From the NCBI GenBank assembly GCA_051294375.1, contig JBJCIZ010000646.1:1-44611 (forward strand): DNA of 44,611 bases, written 5' to 3'. The notes under the pieces are model-generated. The model made no database searches. It was not told the DNA's origin and saw only the letters and a list, made by a program, of their open reading frames with translations. Source of the stretch: Paraspadella gotoi. Taxonomy: Eukaryota > Animalia > Chaetognatha. Of the stretch, positions 1 to 13,902 are shown one piece after another. Each line of letters begins with the position of its first letter. Positions within the stretch are counted from its first letter, which is position 1. The translations under genes were made by a program, and so were the position numbers.

Positions 1-44
1 AAATGGGAGAGAGATTCATCAAAGTCCCAAGTTGTTCTTAATGT

Positions 45-583
45 TCATAGAACTCCTCCTATTTCTCCCTTAATAAACCACGCCTGCTTCCTTCGTTGAT
101 ATGAAGAACGAGAAGGAGTCGGCGCAGAAGACGATGAAGTCAGCGTGGCAGTTGATAGAGTTGGCGCAGCAAACATCAAAGTTGGCGGGGCAGATGATGG
201 AGTTAGCATGGCCGACGATGGAGTCAGTGCTGGAGTTGATGCAAGAGACGGTGCTGCAGATGGTGGATTGGCAATGGAGACGAAGGAGACGAAGATGTCG
301 GCGAAGAAGACGGCGACATTGATGTAATAAGCGGCGTCGCGAAAGCAACCTTTCTTCTTCTCGGAGATTTTCGATTTTTCGTTAGAAAAGACGCGAAGGG
401 CGATGAAACATCGTCGATCTGAGCTGGAGAATGAATAGGCGAGGATGCGAGATTTCTCGATCGATGGAGATTATGTTCTAGTTGACGAATTCGATCATAA
501 AGAAGAGAAATCGCTAAAGCTACGGAGTAAACAATGAGCGGCGCTATTTGATTCAGCGAAATCACTCCCAAATCGGAATTCAT
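45..583 (-). CDS. Possible 5' part of a divergently oriented gene: N-terminal hydrophobic segment, basic KVAF motif, Ser/Pro/Thr-rich tail; needs one frameshift near 270
   Basis: GC-richer block. ORF 583-224 (MNSDLGV...IAPLIVYSVALAISLLY...RRRKVAFATP...SSPSSP) continues in another frame as NPPSAAPSLASTPALTPSS...RRKQAWFIKGEIGGVL. No recognisable family. Confidence 0.3.
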
Positions 584-1451
584 TTTTTTACAGGTCGATT
601 GACGAGGTTTTTTTAAAGAGAAAAAAAAATGTTGTGAACTGCGAAGCCACGAGACGGGTTTTTACGAGGCATATCTTTGTGCAATACCTTTTTTTTAGTA
701 AAAACCATAATGATTGTGGACGACACCACACCGATGAAGTGGCCAGATATTATATATTCTCTCTCTCTACCATTCAAATTTTAAGGTCACACGGTCATTT
801 TTCTATTATAAAAAGCGAAAGACTTTGTATTGAACACTCTTGAATGTCGCCTAAAATCATGTCTCTAATAAAACATTTTCTGTTTCTTCACTATTTTCTT
901 TTATTATTGTCTTATTTTTTTTATATTTGAATCTGTGCTAAAATTTTAATAACAATATTTTTTTCCTGAATGACGTGAAGGATAAATTATTAAATCCTTT
1001 AATAATTTTCGATACTAATCACATTAATTATTATACTTAGAATATTTGTTTATTTATTTCTTTTCCAAAAAAATATAAATTTTAAAATTACTTACTGTAT
1101 GTGCAAAGAAATATTACTGTTGAGATAAGATAATGCAGATTTTAATTTATTTGCCAATATTTCGATTTATATTGAGAAATCATTTGTCCTTTAATCTCAT
1201 TTGCATATTATAGTGCGGTTAAAATTTAAAACGTAAATATTCAATAATGCGCTTTACATTTAAAAAAAATTAACTTCATATACATATTTAAGTACATGGA
1301 AAGTACAGGAATCACAGACAGGCAAGGCCTAACTCGGAAATCGATCCGGCCAAATGAACATTGTCTAGATATTCACATTGGATGAACATTGTCTAGATAT
1401 TCACATAAATGACCAGTTTATCCAGTTTCCCGAATGCTCAATTAAAAAAAA

Positions 1452-1842
1452 TAATTCTCTTTCTGTCTTTATTTAATTTTCTTTTTTTGTCTTTATTTAA
1501 TTCTCTTTCTGTCTTTATTTAATTCTCTTTTTGTCTTTAATTCATTCTCTTGCTGTCTTTATTTAATTCTCTNNNNNNNNNNATTTAATTCTCTTTCTGT
1601 CTTCATTTAATTCTCTTTTTGTCTTTATTTCATTCTCTTGCTGTCTTTATTTCATTCTCTTTCTGTCTTTATTTAATTCTCTTTTTGTCTTTATTTAATT
1701 CTCTTTCTGTCTTTATTTAATTCTCTTTCTGTCTTTATTTAATTCTCTTTCTGTCTTTATTTATTTCTCTTTCTGTCTTTATTTAATTCTCTTTTTGTCT
1801 TTAATTCATTCTCTCGCTGTCTTTATTTATTTCTCTTTCTTT
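1452..1842. repeat. 22-bp pyrimidine-rich minisatellite (GTCTTTATTTAATTCTCTTTCT)n
   Basis: Unit recurs at 1687, 1709, 1731; small N gap inside the array. Confidence 0.9.
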
Positions 1843-1905
1843 TTTAATAATTGAATCTTAGATATTAATTAGTTTCAATTCGTTCGCGCTAGATTTTTGA
1901 CTCAA

Positions 1906-1908
<3 letters not shown>

Positions 1909-1976
<68 letters not shown>
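1909..1976. repeat. (CT)n microsatellite
   Basis: Direct reading. Confidence 0.95.
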
Positions 1977-1980
<4 letters not shown>

Positions 1981-2197
1981 CTCTTAGAAAACCCGTATGA
2001 CAAGCTCGTGATAAAACTAGATAAGGAGAAACTAAGTTTCTCTCTCTCATTCACTCACTCTCTCTCTCTTTCTTTCTCACTCTTTATCTGTTTCGGTCAA
2101 ATTGGAATAAATTACTTAACTAGATAAATTATAACATTCACTGGTGGGAAATGGTAATAAAGTTTTCACTCAGAACTTTTTTTAAAAAATAAGACAA

Positions 2198-2342
2198 AGA
2201 TGACGACGATGACGACGACGATGACGACAACGACGATGACCACGACGAAGTGAACGAACTTATCAATTGAGTAATTAAAATTAATGACGACGACGACGAA
2301 GACGACGACGACGACGACGAAGCCGATGAAGACGACGACGAC
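2198..2342. repeat. Interrupted (GAC/GAT)n trinucleotide tract
   Basis: Direct reading; a similar tract lies at 38898-38946. Confidence 0.8.
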
Positions 2343-3107
2343 TCTGAAAAAAATCGAGTACAAATTAAGTTTTTTTTTTAATTCGTCTCTATGATACTTG
2401 CTAAGATTTTGAGGTTTAATTAAGAGGTTTTTTCTAAACTGCCAGTTCGCTGGAATTATCTTTGGTTAATTAATTTTTTTTCATGAATAAGTTAAAATGG
2501 TTTATAGGTTAAGAAATTAAGAAATCGTTGACAAAAAATTCCCGATAAAAGTGAAGTAGATACAATAATTCTGAGTAAACCTCCTTATTTTCTGTATAGC
2601 TGTCAAAAAAATATGGAAAAAAAAGAGAAAAACGTTCTGACAAATTTAAAAATTTATGGAGGAATCTAATATAGTGTGAAAGTTTAAAAATTAAAAACGA
2701 AAAAAATAAGCGAATGAACCGGAATGACTATAAACCTGTTATGTAAAAATTTTGAGACTCTTACAGCCTTAATTTAAGTGGAATTTTAGAGACTTTGATA
2801 TCGTAATAAATGTCATAGAAAGACTAAAATATCACCTCTTTGTAATTATAATAATGATACTTTTATTTACTATAATTAGTATACTTTAAAATTAAGGTGA
2901 ATATCTTCAATAAATGTATGATTTCTTCTCTTTCATCTGTTGTTTAAATTTTAAACACTAGTAAAAACTAAAATAAGTTTAATAACCCTATTACTAAAGG
3001 AAAAAACAACCAAAATTTTAAAAAGTGTCATTTATATAAATGAAAAAAAATATAAAAAAACCGGTTTTACTGGAATGATGGACAGGTTGGGAGAATCAAA
3101 GAAAAAA

Positions 3108-3173
3108 GAAAAGAGAGAAAGAAGAGATAGAGAGATAGAGAGAGAGATAGAGATATAAAGAAAAAGATAGAGC

Positions 3174-3205
<32 letters not shown>

Positions 3206-3232
3206 GAGAGAGAGATTGAGAGAAAGAGAGAG
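3108..3232. repeat. (GA)n-rich microsatellite
   Basis: Direct reading. Confidence 0.9.
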
Positions 3233-3826
3233 CAAGAAATCTAGTCGACAAAAATTTGTCTTCACGTTAAGTAGACTTTTTTCCCCATCGAATTGATAAA
3301 AAAGAAAAATTCTGAGTTCAACGCGACTGAACTGAATATAAAAGGATTAATCGGCGGTTGATAATTGGTATTTTGTCGGTTGATAATTGGGAACAGCGAG
3401 AGGAAAGTGGCTCGATATTCAACCCAACCGCTTTTGTTAACAACTCTTCAGTTAAAATTCATTTTAAAAGATGATAATTCAAGTTCTGCTTTTCGTCAAA
3501 AACAAACTGATAAGACTTTCTCGTTTTTTAACTTGATTTTATTTTTTTAAAGTTAATTATTAGAAATTAAGAAAAACATACGTATGCAAGAGTCTTTTTC
3601 TGCCTTTTTTAAATAGAATTTAAAAAAGACAAGAAATCTATCAATGGACCACAAACTTTTGTAAAAGAATAATTCCATTACCTGCATAATTTATTATAAG
3701 TTTTATACATAAATATTTTTATTAAACAATTTGACAAACATTTTTAACAAAAAAATAGAGCTATCAAACTTCATCACTTTTTTACCCAAATTCAGAAAGT
3801 TTTAGATCTAAACATAAACTAAGGAA

Positions 3827-3841
3827 ATGTGTGACGAAGAG
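3827..3841 (+). CDS. DEG/ENaC gene 1, coding exon 1 (MCDEE)
   Basis: ATG TGT GAC GAA GAG|GTAATA. It matches paralog exon 1 MCDDE|GTGAGT at 39423, and phase 0 joins exon 2. Confidence 0.75.
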
Positions 3842-3847
3842 GTAATA

Positions 3848-4986
3848 CATCGTGACAATTTTACAAGCGCCGGTAGAAATATGCTGTCATTTGCAAACCA
3901 GTGGTTATTTCATTGATTTTAAAAATTAGTTAGGTAGAAAATACTAAAACTATTTATGTGTTAAAATTTTATATTGATCAGTTAAGATATGCCTTGACAA
4001 TGAGTGGAGAAAGTTGGCTTATAAAATCGGGTTTTATTTTCCAACTCACTGTTTTTAAATTCAATTTTTTTTTCAACTTTTAGCTATTTTTTAAACAGAG
4101 TATTTATTAGGATATTAACAATATTAATATCCTCAGAAAGCTCTTTAAAAAATGAAGAGAATGATATACTTACGAAAACTCTAAACTCTAAGCTCTAGCT
4201 TATTTATTAAAATGAATGGATAATTTTATCATTGGTGTTGTACCCAATTCATAAAAGTGAGCGTGGGCCCAGCCTTGGGTTCAATTTAAGAGTGTCAAAA
4301 AGTGAGTTAAATTAAAAGTTTTTAAAGAATCTTTTTTTTTCAAAATATGAGTGACCTGTTTAATTATTAATAATCATAAAATATTATTGATTTATATAAG
4401 TATCATGAAAAAGAGCCTCCCGGAGGAAAAAAAAGGGATTATAAGAATAGCCAGCTCACAAACAAGCCAATTTGATAAAATATCAATAAAATTTATTCTA
4501 CCAGCAGCTATTGATTTTCTGTATAATAAAGAAAAGAATGTCTCTGTTTTTTTGAGTATGCGCTACTATTAAAATTAAAGGCTGGGGCCAAGTTTAAATT
4601 TTATAACTATACCAGTATATGTAAAGTACGAGCGGTCCATTATCTGTCTTTTATAAATTTGAAAAAAGGGCTTTTTCAGAAGATAATATAATTAAGTATA
4701 TATTTTAAATAGCAAATTTCACTTGCAGAAAACTTGCTGAAAAGTAGGAAAACAATTGATTTCTAAAAAAAAGTGAGTTGAAAAATGAAACGATATTGAC
4801 AAGCCAACTTTCTCCACTCATTGCTCAATTGAGCATATCTTAACTGATCAATTATAAAGTAACTGTTTAAAACACATAATAGGTTTTAAAGTATATTCTA
4901 CTTAACTAAAATTTAATCAATGAAATAGACCACTGGTTTGCAAATGACAGCGTATTTCTACGCGCTTTGTAAATTGTCAACCACTG
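3848..4986. mobile_element. Non-autonomous TIR element (MITE/foldback, TA-flanked, Tc1/mariner-like) filling most of intron 1
   Basis: ~230-bp inverted repeats: 3848-~4085 (CATCGTGACAATTTTACAAGCGCCGGTAGAAAT...) vs ~4735-4986. The clean right arm is also at 15935-16073 (...ATTTCTACCGGCGCTTGTAAAATTGTCACCATG). TA on both sides. Confidence 0.75.
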
Positions 4987-7687
4987 TAAATAGATTCGAC
5001 TCTTTAAATTTATAAATTAAAAAATTTAAGTAGTGTTACATGTTTTTGTCTAATCCTTTATTTAAGGAACTCCCAACCTTCAGCGTGAGAAGAGTTAGAT
5101 TTTCGCAGAGACATACAATCGGCTCGTCGTTAGCTCACGTTGTTGGCGATCGAACAAAGATGGGCGACCTGGATCTTTTTGGGCTTTTGCCTTTTATGGG
5201 AGCTTTGGCGCTGCTGGCTCTGCTATCAAGTTGCCTATTTGATACAGAAATACCCAAAAGGTGATTTTATTGGTTTCATTACTTTAATCTTATACTAATA
5301 TTTAAATCACTGAAAAGTTAGTTGTTTTAATCTTTCTGTAACATTCTATTTATAAAGTTCCTAAACAAGAATGTATTGTTTGCAATGACATATATTCTAA
5401 ATAAAATAAATTTTTATAAAAAATGTTTAAAATGCGAATAAGAGAATAGTTTTGGAAAATTTTTTTTCTAACACTAAAATTAATTATTATTATTACTAAA
5501 TTATTACTAATTTATTACACTCATATTATGTACTTATTAGTTTTGCTTGTTTGAAAGATCGCAACCGAAATTAGCTTACCAAACATCATTTCAATCTTTT
5601 CCTTATATCACCTTTGCCAACCTTAATCCGGTTCAAGAAAGAAAACTGAGCGCAGCCCGGAACTGGACAGGTTTGCAAAAATAGATTAAAAGTTTTTAAA
5701 GTCATGCAAAGCATAAAAGTGTCAATATAAATAATTGACAACGTACAATCTCATAATGAAAAATCTATTAATGTACCTACATTTAATTAGTTTTATTTAT
5801 TTAATAAATTTGTTTAGGTTGTAGCGATTTTCTTAATCTTATCCCGACGCACCTAACGACGATGCAGAAAGGAGCGGAAAATGTTTGGTCTTCAGCGAAG
5901 AGAAAGTTTTATGAACGTATGTTTATTTTGTGTAGAATAAATTAAAAATGATAAAATAATAAAATTGTTTAAACAAACATTTGACTTTCTTAAATAATTT
6001 ATTTTAAAAGAAAGCTTTACAGTAGAAATCTACTATGAAATTTAAATTCATAGGGGCTGGGGTTTCAAAACTTTTAGTCTTAAGTATACTTTCAGGTAAA
6101 AAAGAATTTTTAAAAAAAAAGTTCAATTTTAATGGCTTTTATTGTTACTAACTCAAGATTACAAATATTACTATCTAATAATAAAAAAGTTTTTACCATC
6201 GATCTTACTTTTTTATTTGATGGATTCTGATATAAAAAAAAAAAGAACATAAAAAAAGTTAAAATAAAAAACATAACTAACAACAACTTTTAAAAATATT
6301 TATGTTTTCTTGTGCAAAATTTAAAAAAGTAATAAAAAATATCAAAAAAGATAATGATGAGATGATTATTAATAAGTTTTTTATATTTTTCACCAGTATA
6401 TGACAAAAATATCAAAAAGAATTATACTTTTGTGGAGACAACTTTTGGCAAGGCTACCTGAATCTGATCTTAAAAATAAAAAATCTTAAAAAAACTGTAC
6501 CCTTTATTATTTATAAATAAATATTAAAAATTTTTTTTTTAATATATGGGTATGGAGTAATAATTAAATTTTTTTGGTCATACTCAAATTGTTTTTAAAA
6601 TGTTCTAAATTTTTGTTTGAAGCAGGGCTGCTTAATTCCAAACTTTTTAACAACCTTAACTGAGTCTGATTATATATTATTATTACATTATATTAAAACG
6701 TTTTATGTTTTAATTCATTCATCTTAATTCTAATGAATTAACAGAACAAGAAGATCTTGAATATCCACAGATTAAGATCAAATATTGAACCCATACTATT
6801 TTTTTCTGTTTTTAGCCAATCTAACCGATCCCAATTGCGAGAAATGGGATTTGACTACAGTGCAACTTCAACAAGATGAAGATGATCCAGAGAAAGCAAG
6901 AAATCGCAGGATGACGGAATCGATCCAGATGAATTAACTCCAGATGAATTCGAAGAATATGAAAGATGTAGACCTAAAGAGTTTGAAGAAACAGATGAAA
7001 AAGGGTAGATAACGGGGCTGAGATACGCAAATATCGGCAATATATTTCTGAAAACGTCACATTGCAATCTTAAATTTGACAATTAAAGTTGTTTTTTTAG
7101 GTTTTAAAGATTAGTTTGGGAGTAAAGGATAAGAATTAGATTACAATTTTGGTTAGGGATTAAGGTTAGAGAGATAAAAATTAAAAGGATTAGGGTTAGG
7201 TATTAAAGATAAAAATAAAAGATAAAAAAGTAAGATAAAGCCCTAAGTGCTAATCCGTAACTTCTTTAAGCGCGCCTATAACAGCTATGGAACGGGTCCT
7301 GGGCTTGGAATAGGCTTGAGGGTTTTTCCACCTCACAAGGCTGTTTTTACGTAAGGGTTAGAACTGAACCCGGTACCCCTAGTGTGCGTAGAGCTGAAGG
7401 GTTTACTCAATAGCGACCGGGTCACAATTGAATATGTCATGTTTATAGGATTAAAATTCCAATAATACAACAAAAGAGAGAATTACACAATGTCTAACAA
7501 TAAAATTTAAAAAAAATATTAAAAAAAAATTACTAATATTTTCAGCCGTTCTCTACTTCGGGAAAAAAACTCGCCACAATTAAATAACGCGAATTAGTTA
7601 ATTTGAACTCAATCGAGCGCGATAGAAATGAATTATTTTCCTGCAATTTTCATGGACAACACAAATGCGCAGACCAAGTTAGATTAA

Positions 7688-10183
7688 TGATTGAATAATG
7701 AGAATGATGAATGGATGAAGAATGATGAATAATGAGAATGATGAATGATTGAGAATGATGAATTAAATGAGAATGATGAAATGAATGAGTGATGAGAATG
7801 AATGAAATGAATGAGAATGATGGAATGATTAAGACTGATTATTAAATATGAATATGAGAATGATTAATAATGGGAATGATGAGAAATGATGAATTATGAG
7901 AATGATGAATAAAATGAGAAATGATGATGATGAGAAATGATGAGAATGAATAAATAATGAGAAATGATGAATAATGGGAAGGGAGATGATATTGATGAAG
8001 AATGATAGAATGATGAGAAAAGATAAATAATGAGAATGATGAATAATGAGAAATGAATGAATTAATGAGAATGATGAATGATGAGAATGATGAATGATGA
8101 GAATGTGAATGATAAGAATGATTAATAATATGATGATGAGAATGATGGAATAATGGGAATGATGAATGATGAGAATGATGAATGATGAGAATGATGAATA
8201 ATGAGAATGAATGAGAATGATGAAGAATGATAAATAATGAGAATGATGAATAATGGGAAGGATGAATGATGAATAATGAGCAATGATGAATGAGTGAGAA
8301 TGGAATAAATCCATGAAGAATGAATGAATAATGAGAATGATGGAATGATGGGAATGATGAATTATGAGAATGAAAATGAATAAATTGAGTGGGTGAAATA
8401 TCTTTTCTATTTCAACGGCTCGTAAAGTCTAAAGGTTCGCGGACGCTTTGCCCGTCCGAAGGAGTTACGTGAGTTTTTAAGGAAGGAAAAACAAGAGATG
8501 TTTTGATTTCAACCGTTTTATTCTAAAATACAAAAGTTAAATGAGATAATAATTGCCTTCCAAAAAGCCCGTAAAAATCTGGTTTCTCTGGGCAAGGCGA
8601 GTTTTCTACTTTGGTATGAAACGGGACTAATCAGCGGAGGTAAAAATATTGATCATAAAGATATTATCAACCCAGATAATGATGGACTCGAAAACTATAG
8701 ACAACCTTTTTCTTAATGAGATGATGAGAAATGATGAAATGAATGAGAATGATAAATAGTGAGAATGATGAATAATGAGAATGAGAATGATGAGAATGAT
8801 AAATGATGAGAATGATAAAAAATGATGTATGATGAGAATGATAAATGATGAGAATGATGAAATGAATGAATGAGAGAATGAAATCAATAAGTGAGAATGA
8901 TGATTGATGAGAATGATGAATATAAAGAATGATGAATAATAAAATGATGAATGATGAGAATGATGAAATGATGAGAATGATAAATAATGAGAATATGAAT
9001 AATGAGAAATGAAAGATGAATGATGAGAAATGAAAATAAATGATGAAGAAATGATGAATGATGTGAATAATGAATTATGAAGAATGATGAATGATGAGAA
9101 TGATGAATACTGATGAGAAAGATGAATGATGAGATTGATGAATAATGAAGATTGATGAAGAATGATGAAAATGAATAATGATAATGATGAATGATGAGAA
9201 TGATGAATAATGAGAATGATGAATGATGAGAATAATAAATGAATGAGAATGATAAATGATGAAATGAATAAATAGATGAGATGATGATAAGGAGAATGAT
9301 GATATGAATGAGAAATGGTGAATTATGAGAATGATGAAATTATGGAGAATGATGATAATGATAAATGATGAGAATGCTGAATGATTAGATTGATGAGTGA
9401 TAAGAATGATGAATGATGAGAATGATAAATTGATGAGAATGATCAAATGATGAGAATGATAAAATAATGAAAGAATTGAATTATGAGAATGATAAAATGA
9501 ATGAGAATGATAATGAGAATGATAAGAATCAAAATGATGAGAATGATGAATAATGAGAATGATGATGAGGAGAAGATAAATAATCGGAGAATGATGAATA
9601 ATGAGAATGATAAAAGATGAGAATGATAAATAATGAGAATCATGAATGATGAGAATGATAAATACTGAGAATGATGAATGATGAGAATGATTAAATGAAT
9701 TGAGAATTGATGAATGATGAGAATGATGAGAATGATAAATGAATGAGAATGAATAAATAATGAGAAAGATTTAATGATATGAATGATGATAATGATAATG
9801 ATGAAGAAATGATGAATGATTAGATTTGATGAGTGATGAGAATGATGAATGATGAGAATGATAAATATGAGAAATGGATAAAGTGATGAGAATGATAAAT
9901 AATGAGAATGATGAATGATGAGAACTAATGAATGATGAAGAAATGATAAATGATGAGAATGATGATGAGAATGATAAATGATGAGAATCATAAAATGATG
10001 AGAATGATAAATAATGAAGAATGAATGAATGAGAGAAATGATAAATAATGAGAAAGATGAGATGAGAATGATTAAATGATGAGAATGATAAATAATGAGA
10101 ATCGAGAATGATGAATGATGAGAATGATAAATGATGAGAATGGAGAATGATGAACGATGATAATGATAAATGACAGAATGATG
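7688..10183. repeat. (GAATGATGA/ATAATGA)-type satellite in intron 6, copy A, with a ~320-bp unique insert at ~8390-8715
   Basis: Direct reading. Confidence 0.9.
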
Positions 10184-11857
10184 AAAATTCGAAAAAGCTG
10201 ACAAATCCATTACCGCTTTCTTATTTAGAAATTTTTTTCTCTTCTCTGTGATGAAAAATGATAAATGAATAAAAAAATCGTTTTAAAATATAATTTATAT
10301 TTATATTTATTCCCCAGGGACTTTGGCTATTTTCCTTCCGCTCGGTAATGGACGTTGTCTTCAGTTTCCAAAAGTCAGGAAACACGTTTATGGCTAAAGT
10401 TTACTGGAAGCCATCGGCTGGACTTCGAGCTTATGGCTCTTTCTTAATACTGATGAAATACACATTTTCGCAAGCAATATTGGTAGCTTGAAAAGCAAGG
10501 CAGGTTCCTGCTTGGTGAGATTAAAATATTGCAGGTTCCATGCTTTGGTGGGTTACAAGCTTGCAGTTCCTTGCTTGGTGAAGATTGAAAGCTTGCAGGA
10601 CTCCGCTATATATTATCGTGTAAAGAGAACCATGGCTTGTCCAAAGTCCGGGGGCCACGATAGCTAATATCTTAACAAATTATTAAATCTCAACCAAAGA
10701 AATGCAGAAATTACAGATAATTTATCGTTTTAGTCCATGTTACCAACTAAAATACAGAATGAATAAATACATTGTAATGAATGAACTTATGAAAGAATGT
10801 TTAAAAAAATGGATGAATATTATTAATGAAATAATTTAGGAGCTCGAATCAGAGATCATCCGCCTAAAACATCCGGCTTTATCCCCTACCCGAAAATGGA
10901 TTTTAATGTCAAGCTGGTTCCCATGACTCTATCGCTATAACGAGAGAAAGGTAAATTGTGATTGTTAGAGAAGAGAGAGAGAAAGAGAGAGAGAGAGGAG
11001 AGAGAGAGAAGAGAGAAGAGAGAGAGAGAGAGGAGAGTGTGTGTTAATAGTGATCTAAGTATCGAACATTTTGTTTCAAGAGAATAAATACATTTTAATA
11101 ATAATAATTTTTCAAAATGGATCTTAAAGTTGAAATTGTCACGTATGGGTAGCCTTACGGAAAATTGCATCAAACATAAACGGATGAAGAACGATCTTGA
11201 AAGATTTTTATCCATCATATCACTCAGATTGAAAAAGAAATTACCAAACTGACGAAGAAATATTCAGTTCAGGTTTGTTAAAAGAATATTAAAAATGATA
11301 TAATGATTAAAAACTGAATATGAACTAATTCTCCTATGAAATATCTATTATTTCAGGATTGCGAAAGTTCTGTCACTACGAACGATCAAAGCATTATGTA
11401 GCTGTCCGTGAAAGAAGCTTTCTCCTTCATCAGTCAGACTGACAAAAACCGGAGACAATGCACTTTGACTTCTGCACACCAGACCCAAGAAAATGTGGTC
11501 AAAGGAGCTGATGCTCGATGTTAAAAGCAAATTAAGTAAGCTTTTTTATTAATTTGGGACCATAATTCTTAAGCTATCTTGAATCGTTTTCATAAAAGAA
11601 ATAACCTGTATGCTTTATATGCTTCAACTTAATAAAAAAAAACTAAAATAACTAAATATATATTCAATCTATAAATATTTTTTTGTTAGAAGTGTGGAAG
11701 TCTTGAATTTTCCTACTGATCCTGAACCTACAATGTCCGACATTTCATGCAGGTGAATTAAAACTCAATTTATATTCAGATTAGATTCATACGTTCAGAG
11801 TATAAAGTTAAGATTAATTTTTGAACACAAAATTTAAAAGGCTAATTGAAAATAATA

Positions 11858-12223
11858 TGGTCCTTTTCATATATGGTCCTTTTCATATAATTGAACATTC
11901 CTTTGAAATATTATACCACTATCAGTGGATCGGGAAGCCAGGTAACTCTGGGAGTGAATAAACGAGACTGTGAGAGAGTCTTGATTGAAAGCTTGCAGGG
12001 ACCTGCTATGTTCATTACTTTGTAAGAGTGATTGGAGGCCTTAAACCACCAAAAGCCCTGTCCAAAGTCCAGGGGCAAGATAGCTTATTTATTAAATGAA
12101 TGGATAATTTTTAATATTGGTTGTACCAATTTCATAAATAAGATAATAATTAATAATAATATAATAAATAATAATAATAATAATAAATAATAATAATAAT
12201 AATAATAAATAAATAATAATAAT
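11858..12223 (+). mobile_element. Dispersed repeat ending in an (AAT)n tail (SINE or non-LTR 3'-end-like)
   Basis: Core GATAGCTTATTTATTAAATGAATGGATAATTTT...GTACCAATTTCAT recurs at ~4195-4252, ~27580-27765 and ~32148-32272; a diverged relative is at ~21421-21580. Confidence 0.55.
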
Positions 12224-13251
12224 ATACCGGTATAAATAAACAAAATATCAGTTGTTAACATAAATTTTGGTTACCTTGATGCTTTTGAGATACAGCCATA
12301 ATGTCATTTTAATTATGATGAAGACTCTTACAAAGTCTAAACATGTCCCAAATGAAAATAAAAAATCGTTGTTCATCCAAAAACTGTCTTCCCTAATTAT
12401 GATGGCTAAAAATTTTCAGAGACTGAGAGGAATATAATTTTATCTTGTCCTATTGTTTCTTAATATTTTGTATCGTATAATTTGTTTTCTAAATTTTCTT
12501 CAAAAATGATTACTTTTAAATGTATTTTCTTTTTAAGCATCTTTATTTGTTCCCTGGTCATTACCTTTATTCCCTTACCTCTCATTCATTATCAGTGAGA
12601 CGAACTTCTCATCTGAGATCAGCTCTGGTCATTATCCCCTTTATTCCCTTACCTCTCATTCATTATCAGTGAGACGAACTTCTCAACTGAGATCAGCTCT
12701 GGTCATTATCCTTTATTCCCTTACCTCTCATTCATTATCAGTGAGACGACCTTCTCATCTGAGATCAGCTCTGGTCATTATTTTTATTCCTCTACCTCTC
12801 ATTCATTATCAGTGAGACGACCTTACTCATCTGAGATCAGCTCTGGTCATTATCCTTTATTCCCTACCTCTCATTCATTATCAGTGAGACGACCTTCTCA
12901 TCTGAGACAGCTCTGGTCATTATTCTTTATTCCCCTTACCCTCTCATTCATTATCAGTGAGACGACCTTCTCATCTGAGATCAGCTCTGGACATACCTTT
13001 ATTCCCCTTACCTCTCATTCATTATCAGTGAGACGACCTTTCTCATCTGAGATCAGCTCTGGTCATTATCTCTTATTCCCGCCTTACCTCTCATTCATTA
13101 TCAGTGAGACAACCTTCTCATCTGAGATCAGCTCTGGTCATTAGAGTGGAGCACTGGGAAACATAAATTTTATTTGAGTGAACAAACAGAATATTTAGAC
13201 GTGAGATAGTATGATTAAGAAGTACAAAAAATATTTGCTTATATTGTTGGG

Positions 13252-13563
13252 AACAGTATCATTAATTACAATATATTTATAGTAATATCCTTATAAAATT
13301 ATAAAATTTTCAAAAATATTTTTTTAAAAAGTTTTATTAAGATTCTGATTCTTCATAATTTGTAGTAAAACTATTATATGATGAAACATTTTGGTCATTT
13401 TTTGCAGCTTAACCTAAAAATTTCTTGTAACATATTTTACAAAAGTTTTTCAGGTTTTTTCCGGCAAATTCGAACTGTTCTTAAAATTAAAAAAAATATG
13501 ATTTAAAAATTATATGATTTTATAAGGATATTACTTTAAAAAAATTCCATTATTGATACTGTT
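13252..13563. mobile_element. AT-rich palindromic MITE-like element interrupting the 73-bp array
   Basis: AACAGTATC...ATCCTTATAAAAT vs ATTTTATAAGGAT...GATACTGTT; relatives at 32741-33090 and ~42110-42370. Confidence 0.55.
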
Positions 13564-13902
13564 TATGCAATTTTTTTTTGAAAAATGCTTAATTATTTTT
13601 TAATTACATATACAAAGGCAGCAAAAAACGTTGTTCCATCGCTCAATCTTTTCATCACTCCACCCTACTGGTCATTATCCTTTATTCCCCTTACCTCTAA
13701 TTTATTATCAGTGAGACGAACTTCTCATCTGACATCAGCTCTGTCATTATCCTTTATTCCCCTTACCTCTCATTCATTATCAGCGAGACGACCTTCTCAT
13801 CTGAGTTCAGCTCTGGTTATTATCCTTATTCCCTTACTTCATTCATTATCAGTGAGACAAAACTTCTCATCTGAGATCAGCTCTGGTCATTATCCTTTAT
13901 TA

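Noticed and set aside
7829-10210. Long His/Ile/Ser-rich minus-strand ORFs (also 19046-21064 and 24998-25868)
   Set aside because: Translations of the ATGATGAGA satellite, whose reverse strand is poor in stops
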